Shown piece after piece: positions 17,205-24,628 of a stretch of DNA of 32,000 nt. The notes beneath the pieces are model-generated. The model made no database searches. It was given only the letters and a program-made list of their open reading frames with translations, and had not been told where the DNA came from. Origin of the DNA: Candidatus Electronema halotolerans (GTDB lineage: Bacteria > Desulfobacterota > Desulfobulbia > Desulfobulbales > Desulfobulbaceae). The translations under genes were made by a program, and so were the position numbers. The stretch covers positions 1,170,001 to 1,202,000 of the forward strand of contig OW818675.1 in the NCBI GenBank assembly GCA_942493095.1. Reading direction: 5' to 3'. The stretch's first letter is position 1; each line of letters begins with the position of its first letter.

Positions 17205-17536
17205 GTCAGACAAATATGGAGCTTTTGCAGGCGGGCTTGTGCAATTTCAGGCAGTTGCTGCCTTGAGCGCGCGGAGGGAGGGAGTTGGGAAGAAAAAGCA
17301 GGTTGTCATTTTTGTATTACACGGCTTATTGTTTACATATATGTGAATACCATTTCCGCATAACAGCTAAGTTTTCTAAAATGTAACAAAGGTGAACGGC
17401 CAGCAAATGCGAATCAGGCAGTATAGCAGGTAACATACGGTTTTGTCGGCGCAACAGCTGTTTGGCACAACGAGCAATATTTTTATCCGGTCACGACCTT
17501 GCCGCAACCCTGAATCATGCGGGTGCATGCAAAGTA

Positions 17537-17568
17537 AAAGGGAGACTGCCGCCGGGCAATCTCCCTTT
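17537..17568. other. Stem-loop (9-bp stem, 14-nt loop), sequence-related to the terminator 50 nt away
   Basis: aaagggaga (17537-17545) pairs with tctcccttt (17560-17568). It has the same A-run/GGGAG...CTCCC/T-run design as the 17596-17627 hairpin. Confidence 0.5.
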
Positions 17569-17591
17569 CTGCCTGCCAGACCAATCAACAG

Positions 17592-17636
17592 AAAAAGGGA
17601 GTCTCTGCGACATGGCAAAGACTCCCTGATTTTTTT
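17592..17636 (-). terminator. Bidirectional rho-independent terminator downstream of the MBL hydrolase gene
   Basis: agggagtct (17596-17604) pairs with agactccct (17619-17627). It is flanked by AAAAA on the left and TTTTTTT on the right, so a U-tract follows the stem on either strand. Confidence 0.7.
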
Positions 17637-17656
17637 GGGCGCAGCAGGCGTGCGGA

Positions 17657-18301
17657 TCAAACAATGTCGCGGCTTGACAGATAGGGATTGCTTCGCGCCT
17701 CTTTGCCAATGGTGGATTTGGAGCCGCCATAGCCGTGCCCGGGCCAGACAACCGTTTCCGGCGGCAGGGTCAGGAGCCGCTCTTTGATGGAACGGGCCAG
17801 CTCGTTGGAGGAGCCGCCGGGAAAATCGGTGCGCCCGACTCCATCGACAAAGAGCGTGTCGCCGGTGAAGCAGTTCGGCGGGCTGTAGAGGCAGATGCCG
17901 CCGGGCGTGTGGCCGGGCGTGTGCAGCACGTGCAGCGATTCCTCGCCAAAGCTGATCAGGTCGCCGTCCTCAACCAGAATGTCTGCTGGCGGCGACTCAG
18001 GCAGGCCGAGCATGGAAAAATAGCTCTTCACATCCGGGTTGCTGAAAAATTCGGCATCAGCCCGGTGCATGACGATCTTTGCCCCTGTGGCCTGCTGAAT
18101 CGGCCCGTTGCCGCAGACATGGTCAGCATGACCGTGGGTGGAGATGATGCGCAGCACGTCCAGCCCGCCCTTGGCGCAGGCGGCCAAAATATCTTTTTCA
18201 TCGCCGCCCGGATCAATGACCACGGCCTTGCCAGTCTTTTCGCAGGAAACAATATAACAGCAGACATTCATCATGCCGACGGTCAGTTGCTGGATCTTCA
18301 T
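17657..18301 (-). CDS. MBL-fold metallo-hydrolase (glyoxalase II / persulfide dioxygenase-like)
   Basis: 214 aa. STHGHADHVCGN (HxHxDH), HTPGHTPGGICLY, GDTLFVDGVGRTDFPGGS. Confidence 0.85.
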   Translation of the reverse strand: MKIQQLTVGMMNVCCYIVSCEKTGKAVVIDPGGDEKDILAACAKGGLDVLRIISTHGHADHVCGNGPIQQATGAKIVMHRADAEFFSNPDVKSYFSMLGLPESPPADILVEDGDLISFGEESLHVLHTPGHTPGGICLYSPPNCFTGDTLFVDGVGRTDFPGGSSNELARSIKERLLTLPPETVVWPGHGYGGSKSTIGKEARSNPYLSSRDIV

Positions 18302-18319
18302 TCTATTTCCTATTGTTTC

Positions 18320-18353
18320 AGAAAAGGCCGGGAACGGCAGCCGTCCCGGCCTT
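18320..18353 (-). terminator. Rho-independent terminator after the mrp-like gene
   Basis: aaggccggga (18324-18333) pairs with tcccggcctt (18344-18353), a 10-bp stem. On the minus strand it is followed by TTTTCT. Confidence 0.6.
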
Positions 18354-18363
18354 GGGAGCGCAA

Positions 18364-19350
18364 TCAGCAGGTGCAGGTGTCGGTTTTTTCCGGGGCGCAG
18401 GTGCTGCCGCAGTCACAGCCGCAGGCAGCCGAGGAGCCGGTGGTTGCCATGTTCAGATGGAGTTTTTTCACTGGCATCCGTTGCTCAACCGCAGCCACCA
18501 CTTCGGCAAAGGCTTTCACTGCCGGGCTGTCCGCGTCGGACGTGAGATAGGGCTGACCGCTGTCGCCGCCCATGACCACGCGGGGATCCATCGGCACTTT
18601 GCCAAGGAAGGGCAAGTCAAAATCACGGGCCGTCTTCTCGCCGCCGCCAGCACCGAAGATGTCAACCGTCTCGCCGCAGTGCGGGCAGACAAAGCCGGAC
18701 ATGTTCTCCACCACCCCAACCACCGGCATTTTCACAGTCTTGCAGAAATTGATCGACTTGCGCACGTCAGCTAAGGCCACCTCCTGCGGCGTGGTGACAA
18801 CCACGGCATGAACATTGGGGATGGTCTGGGCCACAGAGAGCGGCTCATCGCCAGTGCCTGGAGGCGCATCAACCACCAGATAATCCAGCTCGCCCCAGTC
18901 CATGTCGCCGACAAACTGGCGGATGGCCTGAATTTTCAGCGGCCCGCGCCAGATGATGGCCTCGTCCCGGTCGCGCATCATATATTCCAAGGACACAACC
19001 TTGACTTTGTCCTTGTAGAGCAGCGGCGGCACCAGATCGTCTTTGCTCTTCAAGGGCTGGAGTTCACCGGTGAGATTGAGCATCCGGCAGACATCCGGGC
19101 CATGCAGGTCAACATCCATCAGGCCGACCTTCCAGCCGCGCTCGGCCAGACCAAGGGCCAGATTGACTGCGACTGTGGATTTACCCACCCCACCCTTGCC
19201 GCTCATGACCAGAATCTTGTTTTTGATCTTGCCCAGCGAGCGGTTGATGGCAATGTCCTGCTGGGCCAGATGGGCGTTGGCCGCATTGGTCTGGGCCGAG
19301 CCGCAGCTTGACTTTTCGGTGCTGCTGCATGTATTGCATGAAGAACTCAT
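18364..19350 (-). CDS. mrp: Mrp/NBP35/ApbC-family Fe-S cluster carrier ATPase with Cys-rich N- and C-terminal extensions
   Basis: Deviant Walker A VMSGKGGVGKSTVAVNLA and the CPHCG cluster-bridging motif. N-terminus SSCNTCSSTEKSSCG; C-terminus AACGCDCGSTCAPEKTDTCTC. RBS GGGAG. Confidence 0.85.
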   Translation of the reverse strand: MSSSCNTCSSTEKSSCGSAQTNAANAHLAQQDIAINRSLGKIKNKILVMSGKGGVGKSTVAVNLALGLAERGWKVGLMDVDLHGPDVCRMLNLTGELQPLKSKDDLVPPLLYKDKVKVVSLEYMMRDRDEAIIWRGPLKIQAIRQFVGDMDWGELDYLVVDAPPGTGDEPLSVAQTIPNVHAVVVTTPQEVALADVRKSINFCKTVKMPVVGVVENMSGFVCPHCGETVDIFGAGGGEKTARDFDLPFLGKVPMDPRVVMGGDSGQPYLTSDADSPAVKAFAEVVAAVEQRMPVKKLHLNMATTGSSAACGCDCGSTCAPEKTDTCTC

Positions 19351-19417
19351 AATGGTTCACTCCCTCAGTTGAGGTTTGCTGAAAATGGGGAATCTCCTTG
19401 CAGGAGATTGGCAGTCA

Positions 19418-20371
19418 TTACTGGGCCGCAGGCGACTCCAAATACCGGAACAAATCCGCCTTGGGTGACAAAACCAGCGAGCTGTTGCGGCTGAGGATGT
19501 TCTGGTAGCTCTCCAGACTTTTCTGGAACGAATAAAATTCCGCGTTGCTGCTGTAGGTTTCGCCGTAGAGCCGGGAAGCCTCGGCATCTGCCTGGCCCCG
19601 GATTTCCGTGGATTCACGCTCGGCTTCAGAAATAATCTCCTTCAGCTCCCGCTCGACCTTGCCAAGGATTTCCGCCTTGCGGCCTTCGCCAAGCGAACGC
19701 TTTTCCGCCGCAATCCGCTTCCGCTCCGAAATCATCCGGGCATAGACCTTTTGCCGCACTGAATCAATGTAATTGACCCGCTTGAACATCACGTCGATCA
19801 GCTCAATGCCGTATTTGAGGGCATCTTGGGATGCCTGTTTAAGCACCATTTCACTGATCTTGTCACGGCCTTGGATCGGCGGCCTGGTCATTTCCTTGTC
19901 AGAACGCGTTTCCACGACATATTCAGAACTCCAGTCTGAGGAGCGGATGATTTCGATCAGATCATTCTGGTTGACCAAGTCACGGACCGCGCCGTTGATG
20001 ATGTCATCAAGCAGAGTCTGAGCGCGGGTCTCATTGCCTGCGGCTTGGAGGAAGCGGAGCGCGTCCTTGATCCGCCAGCGGGCCGTGTTGTCCATGTAGA
20101 TGAAGGTCTTGTCATTGGTGGGAATCTGGTTGGGGTCGCCGTCCCAGATCAGAATCCGTTTTTCAAAGAGCTGGACCCGCTGAAGAAAAGGCATTTTGAT
20201 TTTCAGCCCGGCCTCGGTGACTGGCTCGCCCACCGGCGCGCCGAACTGGGTGATTACGGCTTGCTCCCCTTCGGGCAAAACGTAAAAACCGTCCAGCACC
20301 ATAAGAATCAGGACAGCGGTCAGCAGCAGGTAGAGAATTTTCAGAACCGAGGCTTTTTGCGTCTGCTCCAT
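19418..20371 (-). CDS. hflC: SPFH/band-7 protein HflC
   Basis: 317 aa. N-terminal TM helix, an SPFH domain and a coiled-coil region. It lies immediately after hflK with a 1-nt gap. Confidence 0.85.
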   Translation of the reverse strand: MEQTQKASVLKILYLLLTAVLILMVLDGFYVLPEGEQAVITQFGAPVGEPVTEAGLKIKMPFLQRVQLFEKRILIWDGDPNQIPTNDKTFIYMDNTARWRIKDALRFLQAAGNETRAQTLLDDIINGAVRDLVNQNDLIEIIRSSDWSSEYVVETRSDKEMTRPPIQGRDKISEMVLKQASQDALKYGIELIDVMFKRVNYIDSVRQKVYARMISERKRIAAEKRSLGEGRKAEILGKVERELKEIISEAERESTEIRGQADAEASRLYGETYSSNAEFYSFQKSLESYQNILSRNSSLVLSPKADLFRYLESPAAQ

Positions 20372-20372
20372 C

Positions 20373-21515
20373 TTATTGCGCTCCTGTGGTCTTTTGATCC
20401 GGGATGGTCAGCGGCATCTGCTGACTGCTGCTGTTCAGGTTGAGAAAGGGCAGCACAGGCTGGCCGCTGCTGTCCATGACATACAGATGCTGGACTTGAG
20501 GCAGGACTTCCTGCATGGTCTCCAAGTACATGCGCTGCCGGGTGACTTCCTTGGCCTTGGCGTATTCAGCGGCAATGGCCTTGAAGCGGGCGGTCTCACC
20601 TTTGGCATCGTTAGTCCGCTGGATCGCATAGCCATGCGCCTCCTCAATCATCCGCTTGGCCGAGCCACGCGCCTTGGGAATGACCCGGTTCTGCTGCTCC
20701 TCGGCCTCATTGACTAAGCGTTTCATGTCCTGATCCGCTTCGTTGACCTCGTTGAAGGCAGGCTTGACCTCGTCAGTCGGGGTGATGTCCAAGAGCTGGA
20801 GGGTGACGAGTTCCACGCCGCTTTCCAGCTTATTGAGGTCGCGCTGCAGCTCCTGCTTGGCCATGTTGGCCAGCGCGGTGCGGTTGCCGAGCACGTAGTC
20901 AAAGTCCATGTTGCCGACAATGCGGCGGATGACGGTCTCTGAGTTGTCCCGCACGGCTTGCGGAACATTGCGCACCTTGAAGAGAAAACTGACCGGATCG
21001 CTGACAGTGTATTGGACAATCCAAGCCACCTCAATCACGTTCTTGTCGCCAGTCAGCATCAGCGACTCCCGGTCATGCCCCTTCTTGTCAAACACTGTAT
21101 TTTCACCAGGTATTCTGGTGCGGAAGCCAAACTCCTCCTTGCGCACCGTCTTCACATCGACCCGTTTCATGTCCTCCATGTACGGAATCTTGAAATTAAG
21201 GCCTGGATCGGCAGTGCGGACATACTTGCCAAAGCGGAGGACAATGCCCTGCTCACCCGGCTTAATGCTGTAAAAGCAGGCAAAAGCACCGCGCAGGATC
21301 AGCACGGCCAAGATCACGGCAGCAACCTTGCCAGCTCCGGCGAGGAAATTAGGCTTCTGACCGCTGCCTTCTGGAGGCGGCTCTTTAGGCGCATCCCCGC
21401 CCTCCTGCTGCTGGTCAAAAAAATCGCGGATTTTCTGAATCAGCTCGGCAAGAAATTCCTCTGGCCCGGCTGGTTTCTTCTTCTTCCCCCAATGGGGATG
21501 CTCACTCATGGGCAT
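20373..21515 (-). CDS. hflK: SPFH/band-7 protein HflK
   Basis: 380 aa. A Lys/Gly-rich N-terminus, a TM helix, the SPFH domain (IVLRFGKY...PGLNFKIP) and a long C-terminal helix. RBS AGGTAGGA. Confidence 0.85.
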   Translation of the reverse strand: MPMSEHPHWGKKKKPAGPEEFLAELIQKIRDFFDQQQEGGDAPKEPPPEGSGQKPNFLAGAGKVAAVILAVLILRGAFACFYSIKPGEQGIVLRFGKYVRTADPGLNFKIPYMEDMKRVDVKTVRKEEFGFRTRIPGENTVFDKKGHDRESLMLTGDKNVIEVAWIVQYTVSDPVSFLFKVRNVPQAVRDNSETVIRRIVGNMDFDYVLGNRTALANMAKQELQRDLNKLESGVELVTLQLLDITPTDEVKPAFNEVNEADQDMKRLVNEAEEQQNRVIPKARGSAKRMIEEAHGYAIQRTNDAKGETARFKAIAAEYAKAKEVTRQRMYLETMQEVLPQVQHLYVMDSSGQPVLPFLNLNSSSQQMPLTIPDQKTTGAQ

Positions 21516-21561
21516 TGTCCTACCTGTCGCGTTGGTGTTGACGATTTACGCACTCTTGCCT

Positions 21562-21590
21562 ATTTAAAACGGTATTGACCTGTCTTACAA
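21562..21590 (-). promoter_or_regulatory. Possible sigma70 promoter for hflKC (TTGTAA-17-TTAAAT)
   Basis: Minus-strand hexamers at 21590-21585 and 21567-21562 with a 17-nt spacer. It overlaps the rhomboid stop codon. Confidence 0.3.
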
Positions 21591-22532
21591 GTATTTTCCG
21601 AATTCCTGCCATCCTTCTGTCTGAAAGGCCAGCAGCCAGCAGAAAACTATGAGAAGCAGCGCGCTGATGAACAAGCCCTGCTGGATTGTCTTATGCTCGC
21701 CCTGCTGATCAAATTTGAACAGCCGCAGAAGCAGGCCCAAGATCAGGCCGCTGAACAGGCCGAACAGATGCGCGCCCAAGTCTGTGCGTCCGCTCTCATT
21801 GCTGCTGCCGAGCATGGCCAGCAGGCCGACACCTGCTCCCAGCGGCAGGAGGAGCTGACGGAGCACAGGGCCGGGACTGACAAGCTGCCGTCCACAAAGT
21901 ATGCCAATGGCGGCAAAGATGGCCGTGGAAAAGCCGACCGAATAATGCGGCTCGCTGCGGAAGACGATGTTGAGCAGGTTGCCGAGCAGGCCGGAGAGAA
22001 GCAGGGTCAGCCAGGCCGTGCCGGAGCCGATGCTCTTGCAGAGGAGCTGGGCGATGAAGCCGCCGATCACGCAGTTGCCGACCAAGTGCATCTGGTCCGC
22101 ATGGAGAGTCAGAGCGGTGAGCAGCCGCTGCCACTGGCCCTGCTCCAAGATGGCCTTGCTGTTGATCGCCCCGGCCCGGAACCACGGGCTGTCCGCTGCC
22201 CACGGCCCGGTCAGCAGATAGATAAAAATCAAGAGGCCGAGCATGAACAGGTTGGCGCGGCTGCCGCTGCGGACAAAGGGCGGAGGAGGGACTGTTGGAG
22301 TCGGCCAGTTGCGGTTTTCCACGCGAAAGGCTTGCAGCTCGGCCATAGCCCGTGCGCTGTGACGACGGCGGACAAACACGGCTCCGGCCCGCCGGTTCAC
22401 CTGATGCTCAATGCCGACCGCGCTCAGAACTAACGAATAATCGCTGAGATCAGCAGGCAAGGCCTTGGCAGCCAGCACCCATTGCTCCGGCTCCGGCCCG
22501 GCGGGCGGAATGACAGAATCGTTTTCGTTCAT
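21585..22532 (-). CDS. Rhomboid-family intramembrane serine protease with a cytoplasmic N-terminal domain
   Basis: Multi-TM protein. HADQMHLVGNCV (TM2 H..N region), GFSTAIFAAIG (GxSxxxF catalytic Ser), AHLFGLFSGLILG (catalytic His + GxxxG). Start is ATG 22532 or TTG 22613. Confidence 0.8.
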   Translation of the reverse strand: MNENDSVIPPAGPEPEQWVLAAKALPADLSDYSLVLSAVGIEHQVNRRAGAVFVRRRHSARAMAELQAFRVENRNWPTPTVPPPPFVRSGSRANLFMLGLLIFIYLLTGPWAADSPWFRAGAINSKAILEQGQWQRLLTALTLHADQMHLVGNCVIGGFIAQLLCKSIGSGTAWLTLLLSGLLGNLLNIVFRSEPHYSVGFSTAIFAAIGILCGRQLVSPGPVLRQLLLPLGAGVGLLAMLGSSNESGRTDLGAHLFGLFSGLILGLLLRLFKFDQQGEHKTIQQGLFISALLLIVFCWLLAFQTEGWQEFGKYL

Positions 22533-22609
22533 TCCGCACACAGTAAGCGCGGCAGAGCAAATGGTCAAGAGGAGGCATTGTTCGGCTGCCGCTTCTGAGG
22601 CGGGTAATA

Positions 22610-23249
22610 TCAAAGCCCGCCGCCTTTCCTCGGCAGGACAATTTTCAGACAGTCCTCGCTGACCTCAAAGACCGGTTCCACGCCGTTGTGCTGCCGCATC
22701 AGAGGAATGACCTTGGTGCGCACGCCCATTCCCGGTGCGTCAACATAGCCGTAATCGCGCAAAATCTCCATGATCAGCGGATTGCGGGGAGAACGCTGCC
22801 CGGCGATCATGCGCCAGCGGCCTGCGAGCGGGCCATCCAGCACAGTGTCAAGCCGGGCCTGATATTCTTTGTCCGCACGCACCGGCAAAAATCATGAGCC
22901 GCAGTCCAGCCTAGGGCAAATAGCGGCGGGGCCGGATGCCGAAGCAGACCAGCCCGGCGATGGAGCAGACCTTGTTGCCCAGTCCGTCTTCAGCCATCAG
23001 GCCCAGTCCGAGCAGGCGTTCGATCCACTGCTCCCGGCTGCCCGGCACGTCCGGGTCTTCAATGATGGAGGCCAGATAAAAGTTGAGCCGGTCCAAGTCC
23101 AGCGAGTCTATTGAAGTTCCGGCGACAGGCAGGGTTTCCATATTCACAATCTCTTTTGCCAGCTGTTCCGGGTGGATGTCATCCCGTTTGAACTCCACGC
23201 CGGAGTTCTCGCCGTTGCGGATGATTTCAAGGAGTTCTGCTGTGCGCAT
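22610..23249 (-). pseudogene. Decayed COG2865-type regulator (AlbA_2/Schlafen N-domain ... HATPase_c_4 region), frameshifted and internally deleted
   Basis: The N-piece (23249-22911) reads MRTAELLEIIRNGENSGVEFKRDD...LAKEIV then jumps to ...DLDRLNFYL...AGLVCFGIRPRRYLP*. The C-piece (22888-22610), in another frame, reads ...RNPLIMEILRDYGYVDAPGMGVRTKVIPLM.... Most of the AlbA_2 core and the terminal wHTH are missing. Confidence 0.55.
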
Positions 23250-23423
23250 GAGTGATCTCTCTTGGTCGGTGATGGAAATTCCACATTTTTCCAGTTTGTT
23301 GCGTTCTTTATAATACTGCGCCGCCTCTTGTGCGACAACGAAAAAGACACGTTGCTCTGCCTGCTGCTCCATGATAGGATGGCTTGCCGCCGCCGGGTGG
23401 TCAGTTTGAGATGCAGATGAAAC

Positions 23424-23452
23424 TTGTTTGCACAAATTTTCTGCTGTATCAT
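23424..23452 (+). promoter_or_regulatory. Possible promoter of the ABC-3C operon (TTGTTT-17-TATCAT)
   Basis: Hexamers at 23424-23429 and 23447-23452, about 30 nt upstream of ATG 23484. No SD is visible. Confidence 0.3.
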
Positions 23453-23483
23453 AAACAGATAAGCCGCTTCGACAGCTATTGTC

Positions 23484-24386
23484 ATGAACCTACAACAAGC
23501 CTACTACGAACAGAAATTTGAGAATGCCTTTCTGCGGGCAAAAGGAGACGAGTTCCAGACATTCTTTGAACGCCTGATGGGTTTGGCATGTAAGGCGGAT
23601 TTCATGGCCTGCCGTCCTTGGGGTAATATCGGCGACCGCAAGAACGACGGTTTCCTGAAGTCAGAGCGGCGGCTGTTTCAAGTATATGCGCCAAATGCGA
23701 TGGAAGCAAAGAAAGCCATCGACAAAATCACAGAAGATTTTGAAGGTGCAAAGGTTCATTGGGGCAAGCATTTCGACAAATGGGTCTTTGTTCACAACGC
23801 TTATGACGGATTGCCGCCGCATGTTCACGAAGTCATCCTTGAGTTTGAACGAGTCAATCCGGGAATTGTTTTGGAGCCTTGGGGACTGGAGGAGCTGCGG
23901 CTGATTTTCCGTCTTCTTTCAGAAGAAGACTGCATTTCTTGGTTTGGCTTGGCTCCAACGGAAGAAACAAAAGCCAAGCTCGGTTTCAAAGAACTCCAAG
24001 TTGTCTTTGAAATCTTGGCCAGCAATGCGGCACCTCCCAGTTTCACTGTCCAGCCAGTTCCGCAAGGCAAAATTGAAGCCAATGCGCTGTCTGAAAGCGT
24101 GAGAGAATTGATCAAAAGCGGCATGTCGAAAAGCTGGTTGGTTTCAGATTTTCTTGAAAAATGGCATGATGAAACCTTGGGCGAACGTTTGGCAGTCGCT
24201 TTCCGCGAGGAATACAAACGGCGGCGGGGAACAATGCCGCCCAACCAGATATTCTCTGAACTCCAGACATGGGCAGGCGGCAGAGAGCGCGGCACACCAG
24301 AACATGAAATGGCAGTGCTGACGGTGCTGGCCTATTACTTTGAGCGGTGCGATATTTTTGAAGAACCAAGAACAGTGCGGCCATGA
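23484..24386 (+). CDS. ABC-three-component (ABC-3C / Lamassu-like) effector component: N-terminal Mrr/PD-(D/E)xK-like module + helical C-terminal domain
   Basis: 300 aa. EFQTFFERLMGL...WGNIGDRKNDGF...RLFQVYAP resembles the Mrr-type E...GDxGxDG...QxK core, with Tyr in the Lys position. The C-terminus VLAYYFERCDIFEEP resembles the ABC-3C C-terminal domain. ATGA overlap with the next gene. Confidence 0.6.
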   Translation: MNLQQAYYEQKFENAFLRAKGDEFQTFFERLMGLACKADFMACRPWGNIGDRKNDGFLKSERRLFQVYAPNAMEAKKAIDKITEDFEGAKVHWGKHFDKWVFVHNAYDGLPPHVHEVILEFERVNPGIVLEPWGLEELRLIFRLLSEEDCISWFGLAPTEETKAKLGFKELQVVFEILASNAAPPSFTVQPVPQGKIEANALSESVRELIKSGMSKSWLVSDFLEKWHDETLGERLAVAFREEYKRRRGTMPPNQIFSELQTWAGGRERGTPEHEMAVLTVLAYYFERCDIFEEPRTVRP

Positions 24387-24628
24387 TTCTTCCTTCCAAG
24401 CATCTTTCTCAAGAACGCGCCTTGCTCTCTGTCGGAGCAAAGCTGCTTGTCTGTCTTTCCAAACCTAAGACGGTCTCGGCTCTGTGGGAAGAAATCTCCC
24501 GGCCTGTTGAGAAGCAGGTCAAGAAGCCAGCCTTGCGATATGATGCCTATGTTCTCACGCTTGATCTTTTGTTTATGATCGGAGCGATTGAACTTCAAGA
24601 CGGCTTGTTGAGGCGCAAGAAACCATGA
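24383..24628 (+). CDS. ABC-three-component system middle component (small helical/wHTH-like protein)
   Basis: 81 aa. ...LLSVGAKLLVCLSKPKTVSALWEEI...YDAYVLTLDLLFMIGAIE. Sandwiched by ATGA overlaps at 24383-24386 and 24625-24628. Confidence 0.6.
   Translation: MILPSKHLSQERALLSVGAKLLVCLSKPKTVSALWEEISRPVEKQVKKPALRYDAYVLTLDLLFMIGAIELQDGLLRRKKP

Noticed and set aside
17463-17478. TGGCAC followed by GCAA on the plus strand (a possible sigma54 promoter for an sRNA).
   Set aside because: The GC dinucleotide is two bases too close to the GG, and no TTGC is present. There is no downstream plus-strand gene.
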